Positions 1 to 8,603 of a stretch of DNA of 64,000 nucleotides are shown here, piece after piece. The stretch is taken from contig OY769902.1 of the NCBI GenBank assembly GCA_963669175.1, positions 1,280,001 to 1,344,000 of the forward strand, given 5' to 3'. A program made the position numbers and the translations under genes. The DNA is from a bacterium (GTDB taxonomy: Bacteria; Electryoneota; Electryoneia; Electryoneales; Electryoneaceae). The stretch's first letter is position 1. Each line of letters starts with the position of its first letter. The notes under the pieces are model-generated. The model was not told the DNA's origin, ran no database searches, and saw only the letters and a list, made by a program, of their open reading frames with translations.

Positions 1-1
1 C

Positions 2-799
2 CAGGTCTATCGTTATCTCGATATCGGCGCCGCCAAGCCGACCGCCGAGGAAAGGCGTGGTGTGGTGCATCACGGTTTCGACGTGGCCGATCCGGCGGAA
101 GTCTATTCTGCGGGACGTTTCGCTACCGAAGCCCGTTCATGGATCAGGGATATCCAGATGTGTGGGAAGAGGGTAATCGTAGCTGGGGGAAGCGGACTGT
201 ACTTGCAGGCGCTGGTGGATGGTTTTTTCGAGGGCGAGGACGGCAAAGACCCGGAAGTGCGGGCACGATTGGAGCGACGGCTGGAGCGTGAGGGATTGTA
301 CGCGCTATGGGAGGAACTGCAACAGGTTGATCCGAAATACGGTTCCAAAACACTCCCGGCCGACCGTCAGCGAATCCTTCGTGCCCTGGAAGTGTTCTAC
401 GTAACCGGGGAACCGTTTTCCCACCTGCATCAGCAGGATCGTGATCCTGCGTCCTTTGATGTTGCCTGGTATGCGTTGGACTGGCCTCGAGAGTTGTTGT
501 ATGCACGTATCAACCAGCGGGTTGACATGATGCTGGACCGTGGCCTGATCGCTGAGGTTCGTAGCCTGCTGGACCGGGGCTATCGTGACGTCAACGCGAT
601 GAAAAGTGTCGGCTACGAGGAAGTTGTTGCCTATTTCGATAATCGCTTGCCTGACCTGAAAGCGGTCAAGGAGGAGATTCGAAAGAATACCCGTCATTAC
701 GCCAAACGTCAGCTTACCTGGTTTCGTCGTAACCAGCGTATCCACTGGCTTTCCGCTGAAGGTCAGACTGTGGAATCGTTGGTTTCGCAGATCAGTTAA
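2..799 (+). CDS. miaA: tRNA dimethylallyltransferase, 5' end outside the window
   Basis: Frame is open from base 2 (QVYRYLDIGAAKPT...). MiaA motifs: GGSGLY, DRQRILRALEV, LYARINQRVD, SVGYEE, TRHYAKRQLTWFR. Confidence 0.95.
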   Translation, partial: QVYRYLDIGAAKPTAEERRGVVHHGFDVADPAEVYSAGRFATEARSWIRDIQMCGKRVIVAGGSGLYLQALVDGFFEGEDGKDPEVRARLERRLEREGLYALWEELQQVDPKYGSKTLPADRQRILRALEVFYVTGEPFSHLHQQDRDPASFDVAWYALDWPRELLYARINQRVDMMLDRGLIAEVRSLLDRGYRDVNAMKSVGYEEVVAYFDNRLPDLKAVKEEIRKNTRHYAKRQLTWFRRNQRIHWLSAEGQTVESLVSQIS

Positions 800-910
800 A
801 GCATCTGCCTTCATTGTCTCCATGTAGTGTCTCTTGTCTTGAAGAACCCGGTTGCTTTCTATTTCGTGAGATGTTAGGTTTGCCTTCAACTTTCAAAATA
901 CGGGAAAGCA

Positions 911-1240
911 GTGCATAACCGGAACCTGCGTATCGTTCTGACGTTGTTGTTGCTGGCGGTATATGCGCCACTGATGGCAACGCTTGACCTGCACCACAAC
1001 CACAGTCATGATATGGGCTGTTGCCGGGTGCAAGGGGATGCGTACGGGCCGGAGATTACTGAAGCTCAACACGCACACAATCCCTGTCCGGTATTATTGC
1101 TCACGCAGTCCCATGCCCCGCTGGTTACGCTGGACCTGATTCCGGATATCACCACGGCATATCTGCACCCCGAGCAACCTGTCTCTATTCTTTCACGTTT
1201 CCAGCCGGAAGCCTCCCAACGTGGTCCCCCTCTCTCCTGA
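911..1240 (+). CDS. Small His/Cys-rich DUF2946-like leader protein with C-terminal RGPP motif
   Basis: N-terminal hydrophobic segment, HHNHSHDMGCC and HAHNPCP metal-type motifs, ends in SQRGPPLS. Lies upstream of the lipoprotein and TonB receptor. Confidence 0.7.
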   Translation: MHNRNLRIVLTLLLLAVYAPLMATLDLHHNHSHDMGCCRVQGDAYGPEITEAQHAHNPCPVLLLTQSHAPLVTLDLIPDITTAYLHPEQPVSILSRFQPEASQRGPPLS

Positions 1241-1250
1241 AGCTCGCAGC

Positions 1251-1392
1251 AGAATTCACAGGATTCTCAAGAAGAATTCACAGGATGAACAGGATTTGAA
1301 GGATATCACAGGATAAAAAACGTGTTAAAGGAAAACACGTAAAAACCATTCTGTTTATCCTTGGCGTCCTTTTTTATCCTTCCCATCCTGTA
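1251..1392. repeat. ACAGGAT-array inverted element (family D)
   Basis: Left arm of short-period (AC)AGGAT units and right arm of ATCCT(GT) units. The same design occurs at about 4605-4795, 7882-8530, 13190-13355 and 30015-30110 (left arm only). Confidence 0.8.
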
Positions 1393-1411
1393 CATGCTTG
1401 TTGAGGTAAAC

Positions 1412-1435
1412 GTAGCCCGGCCATGCCTGGCCGGG
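1412..1435 (+). repeat. GTAG-type REP-like palindrome
   Basis: GTAG-CCCGGCC-ATGCCT-GGCCGGG, with a near-identical copy at 7850-7873. Confidence 0.7.
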
Positions 1436-1460
1436 GTATCTCTGAGAAGGAGAAAGATCG

Positions 1461-2294
1461 ATGTTTTCATATATGCGTTGGGTAGTTATTTTGTTTTCAG
1501 GCTTGACTTTGTTATGGACCATAACCGGTTGCAGTGATGACGACAATCCGGTAGACAGCGAGAATGAATCCGAACATTTTCACGCTGTCGGTTCCAAACT
1601 GGTGTTGGATGGCGAAGATGTGATTGTTGCCACCACTTCGGACTCCGCCGATGTGACCGGCCTGATCGAACTGCATGAAGGCGAAGAAGTCGAGCTGGAA
1701 GCCTGGTTCCTGAATGACGAGGGTGAGTGGTTCTATCCGGCGGATGATGCTGACGCCCATGCCGATCACGAGCTGGAAGTTGTTATCGGTAACGGCGATA
1801 TGATTGAGGGTGATGTACACGGTTGGGAAGTCCACCTGACCGGCGCCGGAGAAGGAGCTTCCTGGGTTCGTTTACGTGTCAAACATATTGACCATTATGG
1901 ATACCTATCCCCTCATTTGCGCACCAGTATTCAACATGAGGAAGGTTATCATGGCGCTCCGGTAGGGATGTTCCTCGTAGCGGGTACGGACACCCTGGTC
2001 CATATCAACTCCAGCAATGAGGTCACCGGTTCGATCGATGTGGGCGCCGGTTCATCCACCGATGCCATCACGTTGTTCCTGTTTGACGAAAATGATGTGG
2101 TTTTTCAGCCGGGCGATGATCACTCGCTGGGGCTGGTGATTGACGATGAAGGAATCGCCACATCGACCGCACAAGATACCTGGGTATTTGTGATTAACGG
2201 GTTGGCAGCCGGGGAGACCTCTGCGGAATTTTCGATACTTCACGGCGATCATTCCCATTATGATTCGCCTGCAGTTTCCATTGTTGTCCAATAA
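1461..2294 (+). CDS. His/acidic-rich lipoprotein with two tandem homologous domains, probable metal-capture partner of the TonB receptor
   Basis: Lipobox ITGC. Motifs EHFH, HADH, HIDH and HGDHSH. Both halves end in H..H..Y.SP. 12 bp from the receptor gene. Confidence 0.75.
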   Translation: MFSYMRWVVILFSGLTLLWTITGCSDDDNPVDSENESEHFHAVGSKLVLDGEDVIVATTSDSADVTGLIELHEGEEVELEAWFLNDEGEWFYPADDADAHADHELEVVIGNGDMIEGDVHGWEVHLTGAGEGASWVRLRVKHIDHYGYLSPHLRTSIQHEEGYHGAPVGMFLVAGTDTLVHINSSNEVTGSIDVGAGSSTDAITLFLFDENDVVFQPGDDHSLGLVIDDEGIATSTAQDTWVFVINGLAAGETSAEFSILHGDHSHYDSPAVSIVVQ

Positions 2295-2306
2295 CAGGGT
2301 TTTTCG

Positions 2307-4553
2307 ATGAAACTGAAAAACCTTGTTCTGTTGCTGTTCCTGCCATTCGCCCTGCTGTTCCCGGAGAACAGCAGGGCGAATGGGGCAGCTAATGGCTCCC
2401 TGTTCGGACGTGTGCAGGATGCAAACACACAGCAGCCGGTCGGTTGGGCGCATCTTCACCTGCTTGAACTGGAAGCAGGGGTAGTAGCGCATGCGGACGG
2501 CGCCTTCCACTTTCTGTCCGTTCCGGAAGGTGACTACACACTACGAGTAACCCATCTGGGCTATCGAGATCTTCTGCAGAAGGTTCGAATCGCGGCCTCA
2601 GATACGCTGTGCCTGCTGGTTGATCTTAGTCCTCATGCGCTGGACCTGGAAGAAGTGGATGTCGTGGTGGAACATCACGAGTCCGATGGTTCTGTTCATC
2701 ACGATCCCCTGTTGTCGATGCGGGGCGGCGCTCTCCAGCGCAACCTGGGCACTACCATCGCTGAAACTGTCAATGAGGAACCGGGCATTGCACAACGCAG
2801 TATGGGCCCGGCGCCTTCACGTCCGGTGTTGCGTGGCCTCGGCGGGGATCGCCTGCTGATGGTGGAGGACGGGCAACGTACCGGTGATCTGTCCGCCACT
2901 TCCGCCGATCATGCGGTGGCGATAGAACCGCTCACAGCCGAACGTATCGAGCTGATTCGTGGACCGGAAACATTGCTCTACGGTCCGGGCATTCTGGGTG
3001 GAGTGATTAACGTAGAACGCAACGCCATCCAGCGTCTCAAGCTGCATCGTATACAGGGATCGGCTACGTTACAGGCGGAGTCTGTGAACGAAGGATTCGG
3101 CGGAGGCGCAGAATTATCCGCCCCGGTTGGTCCTTTTGCGATACGGCTGGATGGCAGCCTTCGTGATGCAAAGGACATCAACACACCGGATGGTCGCTTG
3201 GGTAACACCGGCATCGCCACCGGAAACGGGTCAGTTGGAATCAGTCTTCCGGTTAGTTGGGGTGTTCTTGGTGTGTCGGGGACTATATACGATACTGAAT
3301 ATGGTATTCCCGGCGGCTTTGTCGGCGCTCACCCCAACGGTGTCGATATCGAGATGGATCGTCGAAATTACGCCGCGCTGGCTCAGTTCAACCTGGGAAA
3401 TGACGTGTTCAGGCGATGGGAAACTGAGTACAGTCATGCACGCTATTATCATGCGGAATTTGAATCAAACGGCGCTCTGGGGATCGAGTTTGGAGTGGTG
3501 ACGGATCATCTTACCTCGAAACTTCATCTCGGACCGCATCTGTTCTTCGATGATGGAGTTTTTGGTGTATGGGGCGAGTATCGTGATTATGCTACCGGCG
3601 GCTATACCTTCACCCCGGCAACCTCGGAGCAACAAGCTGCGGTTTTTCTTTACGAACAGAAACGGATTGGCGATACGCATGTTCAGGCGGCAATCCGTTA
3701 CGACTGGCGTGATATTGACCCCGACCGTGAGATTTACAGCGTTACCATTGATACCATCCAACAACGTGAATTCTCCGGGTTCAGCGCATCGTTGGGGGTG
3801 GAAAGACCGTTTGCGGACGGTATGACTATTGGCGCCACGGCGATGCGCAGCTTTCGTGCGCCGGGGGTTGAAGAATTGTTCAGCCGTGGCCCGCATCTGG
3901 CCGCCTATTCCTATGAAATCGGAAACCCGAACCTGCAGGCCGAAACCGGGACTGGAGGTGAAGTTTTTGTCAAACTGCGGAAGCGTGGTTGGACAGGACG
4001 TCTGGCTGCATTCATCAATGCCTTCGATAACTACATCTTTCCCGCGTTTACCGGGCAACGCAGCCTGTCTCGCTCTGACCTGTATGAATACCGCTACGAC
4101 GGCGCTGACGCCCTGATGACCGGGGTGGAGGGAAACCTGGAATGGCAGCCGTGGGAAATGTGGACCTTTCATTCGTCGTTGAGTTATGTCCGTGGCGCCC
4201 TGACTGAACGTGATGTCCCCATGCCTCAAATGCCGCCACTTTCCGGACGGTTCGGTGTGGACTGGAAGTGGGACGCTTGGACTGTGGGAGCGCTTATTCA
4301 GGGAGCGTCCGCGCAAGAGAGGTTGTATGTGGCGGATGATCCGGATGCCCGTGAAGAAGATCCCACCGCCGCCTGGGCACGACTGGATCTGCACCTGCAA
4401 TACACCCATCCCTGGCAGGGGTTGCTGCATACCATGTCAGTTGGGATCCTCAATGTTACCGATGCCTCGTACAGGAATCACCTTTCTCGGGTGCGTAGTG
4501 TGATGCCTGAACCGGGACGGAATATCAAGCTGGGGTATAAGATGTATTGGTGA
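2307..4553 (+). CDS. TonB-dependent receptor, ZnuD-like (transition-metal uptake)
   Basis: Signal peptide, carboxypeptidase-regulatory-like N-domain, plug (SRPVLRGLGGDR, SADHAV, IELIRGP), EELFSRGPH...EIGNPNL, C-terminal PGRN...YW. Confidence 0.9.
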   Translation: MKLKNLVLLLFLPFALLFPENSRANGAANGSLFGRVQDANTQQPVGWAHLHLLELEAGVVAHADGAFHFLSVPEGDYTLRVTHLGYRDLLQKVRIAASDTLCLLVDLSPHALDLEEVDVVVEHHESDGSVHHDPLLSMRGGALQRNLGTTIAETVNEEPGIAQRSMGPAPSRPVLRGLGGDRLLMVEDGQRTGDLSATSADHAVAIEPLTAERIELIRGPETLLYGPGILGGVINVERNAIQRLKLHRIQGSATLQAESVNEGFGGGAELSAPVGPFAIRLDGSLRDAKDINTPDGRLGNTGIATGNGSVGISLPVSWGVLGVSGTIYDTEYGIPGGFVGAHPNGVDIEMDRRNYAALAQFNLGNDVFRRWETEYSHARYYHAEFESNGALGIEFGVVTDHLTSKLHLGPHLFFDDGVFGVWGEYRDYATGGYTFTPATSEQQAAVFLYEQKRIGDTHVQAAIRYDWRDIDPDREIYSVTIDTIQQREFSGFSASLGVERPFADGMTIGATAMRSFRAPGVEELFSRGPHLAAYSYEIGNPNLQAETGTGGEVFVKLRKRGWTGRLAAFINAFDNYIFPAFTGQRSLSRSDLYEYRYDGADALMTGVEGNLEWQPWEMWTFHSSLSYVRGALTERDVPMPQMPPLSGRFGVDWKWDAWTVGALIQGASAQERLYVADDPDAREEDPTAAWARLDLHLQYTHPWQGLLHTMSVGILNVTDASYRNHLSRVRSVMPEPGRNIKLGYKMYW

Positions 4554-4905
4554 AGTGAAAAAAGTGGGCAGTGAAAAAGGTAAAGAACGAGCCGGGATTC
4601 TGTTGAATTTACAGGATATGCAGGATACTAAGGATGAAAAGGATCAAAACCGTACGGCCGTATGAGTCAAATAAACTGGAACTCTGTAAAGAGCGAAATC
4701 CGGGACCAACCACAGAAAGCATGTCTTTTTTTTTCGTTTATCACTAAAAATGGTTTCATCCTGTTTATCCTTACCATCCTTTGCATCCTGTAAATACTGT
4801 CGTATCCCTTAAATACTGTTCTTTTCTTTGCGCCTTTGCGTCTTTGCGTGAAACCAGATTTAGTGCGACGATAGCGAGATCCCCGGTCGGAGCCGGGGAT
4901 GACAT
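4554..4905. repeat. Composite intergenic repeat cluster
   Basis: In order: AAAGTG-type array, family D element, CTTTGCG array (ctttgcgcctttgcgtctttgcgtg) and a GAGATCCCCGG..CCGGGGATGAC REP-like hairpin. Colinear with 7795-8600 once the insertions there are removed. Confidence 0.8.
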
Positions 4906-5155
4906 CCGAACTTCATAACATCCCCACACTGTCCATCTCCGGGAGTACGTCAAAAAGTTAATCCGTGTTACAAAATCCCGGTTTCGTACGTTACTTGTGA
5001 AATATGGTATTTATTTACCTGTAGGTATAGTATTCTTGCAGAGCTAACTTCTGTATTGAACCGCTGTTTGTAATGACCTAAATTACTTATTCACACGAGA
5101 ACGGCATCCGGTTGACTTGTTCATCAGCCCTTGGGGGAGGGCACAGCGGCAAAGG

Positions 5156-7732
5156 ATGGGGTTTGTGAAAAAAATCGCGAAACATTCCCTTTTGCTGATC
5201 CTGTTTGTTGTATTGGGGTTGACGCTCTTTCAGTCCCCTGCACCCACGATGGAAAATGAAGATTGCCTGATGTGCCACAGCGATCCGGATCTGGAAGCTG
5301 AGGACGGGCGGAATGTCGGGGTCAAGGAAGATGCGTTCATGGAGAGTGTGCATGCCGGCTTTTCCTGCACGGATTGCCACATGCAGCCCGGGGACTATGA
5401 GGATCTGCCTCATTATACCGTCTATCGTAAGGTAGATTGTGGCTATTGCCATGAAGACGCGGTAAAGAGCTTCAAGGGCAGTTTCCATGAAATGGCATTG
5501 AACCAGGGTACACCCAACGCGCCAAAGTGTTATTCCTGTCATGGTGCGGCAGGTGATCCCCACGCTATTCATGGTCTGGGCAAACGTAGCGCTGAAACAG
5601 CCTGCCAGCAGTGTCATGCCAAAGAAGCCAGCCTGTACGATGGCAGCACTCATGCTCTGGCTGCCAAAAAGGGAAAGAACAGTCCCGGTTGTACCGGCTG
5701 CCACGAAACCCATTCACCGGCGTTTCCGCCTTCCGCAGGTGCGGTCAACGCCTTGTGCGAGTCCTGCCACAAGGGCGCAATGGATGAATTGGCCAACAGT
5801 GGGCACATGGGCGAAGCGCTTCAGGGGAAGATGTCCTGTTCGTCCTGTCATGATGTTCATGCGACTCACAAACCGCATGTGGATCAGACAACCCTGACCG
5901 CCTGCAATGAATGCCATCCAGGATACTGTGATTCCCTGAAGATGTCCGTTCACGCTCCGTTGATCGAAGCGAAAGAGATGAACTGTCTCTCCTGCCATCG
6001 TTCGCACCAGGTGTCCGCAGATGCGCAGGAATCGGAAGACTTCGGGTGTGGCGCCTGCCACGAGGAAGCGGAGCACGAATATCGTACCAGTGTACACCGT
6101 CGCGCACGTTTGAAGGGTGATGAAGTTGCCGCGACCTGTGGGGATTGCCATACAGGACACAAAGTGCTTCCGGCATCTGACCCGAAGAGTATGGTGAATC
6201 ACTTCAACATCCCGGACCTTTGCGGGAAATGCCATACTGATGAAAGTGTAATCACATCCGACTTCGTGCGTCTGCCGATTTCGTTGCCCAGTTATCTGGA
6301 ATCTATCCACGGCCAGGGCTGGAAGGAAGGCAAGCCTACGGCTGTATGTACTGACTGTCACGGTGATCATAACCTGGAAGCGGCCTCTTCACCGTCATCG
6401 ACCATTAACAAGAACAACCTGGCGCTTACCTGTGGCCAGTGTCATAGAACGGTATCGGAAGATTACCTCGGGTCGGTCCATGGACGCGCTTTGGCGCATG
6501 GTATTACTGACAGCCCGAGCTGTACCGATTGCCATGATGAGCACCTTATTCGTGCTACGGATGACGAACGCAGCGCAGTGAACAAGACCAACCAGGCTAC
6601 GATGTCCTGCGGTTCCTGCCATGAAGACCCGGAAATGGCGGTCCGTTATGGTTTGCCACCGGAAGTGGTATCCAGTTATGTGGATTCCTATCATGGTTGG
6701 GCGATCAAGCGTGGCGGCAAAGCGGTAGCGGTTTGCGAGGACTGCCACAATACGCATGACATCCGCAGTCGTTTTGATCCGGAATCATCGATTCATGAGA
6801 ACAATGTTGTCGCTACCTGCGGACGTTGCCATCCGAACTCGAACCCGCAGTTCGCGGCGAGTTATTCGCATGTGCTGGCTCGTGACAAGAAAATGATTCA
6901 TGACTGGGTGGCGTTGGCCTACTGGATCCTGATCCCGTTGGTGCTGGGCGGCATGCTGGTTCATAACCTGATCATCTATGTCCATGATCTGCGCATTCAC
7001 TATCGTCTTACAAAGAAGAAGCCGGCCATCAAGCGCATGACCACCAGCGAAATCTGGCAGCATGTTATCCTGGCGGTCAGTTTCATTATGCTGGGGATTA
7101 CCGGGTTTGCATTGCGCTTCCCCGATGCCTGGTGGGTGGACATTCTGACTTGGGCGGGCATGACCGAAGAGCTGCGTCGCATTCTGCACCGCGCCTTCGC
7201 CATGATGCTGGTGGCGGCCTCATTCTACCACCTGTTCTACCTGCTCTTCACCGGGCGTGGACGGTTGGTATTAAAGGCGATGTTCCCCGGCCCACGTGAT
7301 GCGCTGGAAGCCATGCAGAACATGATGTATTACTTCGGGTTGCAGAAGAAACCGCCAGTGTTCGGCATGTACGATTACACTCAGAAAGCGGAATACTGGG
7401 CCTTGATCTGGGGTCAGATCGTGATGACCCTGACAGGTTTCATCCTGATGTTCCCCGATGTGACCACGGCCTTTACTCCGGCTTGGGTGGTGCGTGTCGC
7501 GGAGACTTTCCACTTCTACGAAGCTATCCTTGCAGTGAGCGCTATCGCTGTGTGGCATTTCTTCTTCGTGATCTTTATTCCACGGGAATACCCGATGAGC
7601 TGGATCTGGGTCACAGGGCGTATGCCCAAGGATGAATGGGAACATCATCACGGACGTGAACCGGAACAGACCGGCAAGCAGCCGGAATTCCTGCCCCCGG
7701 TGGATGATGGGAAGGATGAAGAAACGCATTGA
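5156..7732 (+). CDS. Multiheme cytochrome c (19 CxxCH) fused to a C-terminal membrane cytochrome b domain (CbcL-like quinol oxidoreductase)
   Basis: 19 CxxCH motifs counted. N-terminal signal, then TM helices with His ligand candidates (WQH, LHR, YHL, FHFYEA, WHF) and the YDYTQKAEYW motif of FdnI/HydC-like b domains. Start may be ATG 5156 or GTG 5165. Confidence 0.9.
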   Translation: MGFVKKIAKHSLLLILFVVLGLTLFQSPAPTMENEDCLMCHSDPDLEAEDGRNVGVKEDAFMESVHAGFSCTDCHMQPGDYEDLPHYTVYRKVDCGYCHEDAVKSFKGSFHEMALNQGTPNAPKCYSCHGAAGDPHAIHGLGKRSAETACQQCHAKEASLYDGSTHALAAKKGKNSPGCTGCHETHSPAFPPSAGAVNALCESCHKGAMDELANSGHMGEALQGKMSCSSCHDVHATHKPHVDQTTLTACNECHPGYCDSLKMSVHAPLIEAKEMNCLSCHRSHQVSADAQESEDFGCGACHEEAEHEYRTSVHRRARLKGDEVAATCGDCHTGHKVLPASDPKSMVNHFNIPDLCGKCHTDESVITSDFVRLPISLPSYLESIHGQGWKEGKPTAVCTDCHGDHNLEAASSPSSTINKNNLALTCGQCHRTVSEDYLGSVHGRALAHGITDSPSCTDCHDEHLIRATDDERSAVNKTNQATMSCGSCHEDPEMAVRYGLPPEVVSSYVDSYHGWAIKRGGKAVAVCEDCHNTHDIRSRFDPESSIHENNVVATCGRCHPNSNPQFAASYSHVLARDKKMIHDWVALAYWILIPLVLGGMLVHNLIIYVHDLRIHYRLTKKKPAIKRMTTSEIWQHVILAVSFIMLGITGFALRFPDAWWVDILTWAGMTEELRRILHRAFAMMLVAASFYHLFYLLFTGRGRLVLKAMFPGPRDALEAMQNMMYYFGLQKKPPVFGMYDYTQKAEYWALIWGQIVMTLTGFILMFPDVTTAFTPAWVVRVAETFHFYEAILAVSAIAVWHFFFVIFIPREYPMSWIWVTGRMPKDEWEHHHGREPEQTGKQPEFLPPVDDGKDEETH

Positions 7733-7760
7733 TTGCTTAATTGATAGAGATGATTCTCAT

Positions 7761-7792
7761 GGCCGGTCCGGGATTCCCGGGCCGGTTTCTTT
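7761..7792 (+). terminator. Probable intrinsic terminator of the cytochrome gene
   Basis: GGCCGGTCCGGG-ATT-CCCGGGCCGGTT hairpin followed by TCTTT. Confidence 0.65.
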
Positions 7793-7794
7793 AT

Positions 7795-8600
7795 AAAGTG
7801 AAAAAGGTAAAGAAGTGAAAAAGGTAAAGAAGGGAAAAAAGTAAAGAAAGTAGCCCGTCCATGCCCGGCCGGGTATCTGTTGAATTTACAGGATATGCAG
7901 GATACGAAGGATGAAAAGGATAAAAGCCGAAAGGCATGAGGGCTTCACGAATGAGATTCTGCCTGATTTTAAAATCCGGGACTAACCACAAATAGCATGT
8001 CCTTTATTTCGTTTATCACTAACCCGAATATTTCACCAATGCAATTTCAAATTTGGTATTTGATGGAATGGCCAGTACAAGAACCACGGCAGTGGTTCTC
8101 TGTATTAGCCCACCGTCCAGCGCCGTCTGTTTGGCGCTCACGGTGGGAATAGGATGTACGCTTTGCCAACCCCGGCAGCGGGTTGCCTGAATATTTCCAC
8201 TGTATACTTTTGATATTTATCAGGTTACTCCTTCCGGAGTAAATATATGGTGCGCATTATCTCCCCGGGTAGCCGCCAAACTGACGGCGGCTGCCCGGGG
8301 CTAATACAGGTTGCCCCTGCCGGGGCGGTTGCCGATTCTCAGCCTATTTTGCCAGCGAAACAGGGAATAGACACGCAAAGGGATACCGGAGCAAACTGTC
8401 CCCTGAAAAATGCTGTATGAATCAGTTGTATTGTGTTGATATGAACTGTGTTAAGATGAATATCCATGTTCCGTTCATGAAATATTCGGGCTAAAATGGT
8501 TTCTTCCTGTTGATCCTTTCCATCCTGTAAATATTGTTCTTTTCTTTGCGCCTTGTAGCCTGCCCCCGAATGTTGTGGTCGGGGGGCTTTGCGTGAAACG
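7795..8600. repeat. Composite repeat cluster (AAAGTG array, REP, family D element) interrupted by a MITE and a small hairpin insertion
   Basis: Aligns by eye with 4554-4855 apart from insertions at 8022-8491 and about 8556-8585. Confidence 0.8.
8022..8491. mobile_element. MITE of about 470 bp with CCCGAATATTTCA terminal inverted repeats and TA flanks (IS630/Tc1-mariner-like ends)
   Basis: Near-identical inverted copy at 62837-63308. Both copies are bounded by TA. An empty-site homolog lies at about 4736-4756 (gtttatcactaaaaatggttt). Confidence 0.9.
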
Positions 8601-8603
8601 CAG

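Noticed and set aside
3465-4430. Long antisense ORFs (for example 321 aa opposite the TonB receptor, 52439-53233, 57021-57731)
   Set aside because: Shadow frames of well-supported genes on the opposite strand, with no motifs of their own.
4995-5012. Rex operator upstream of the cytochrome gene (TTGTGAAATA...)
   Set aside because: Only one half-site matches TTGTGAA-N4-TTCACAA.
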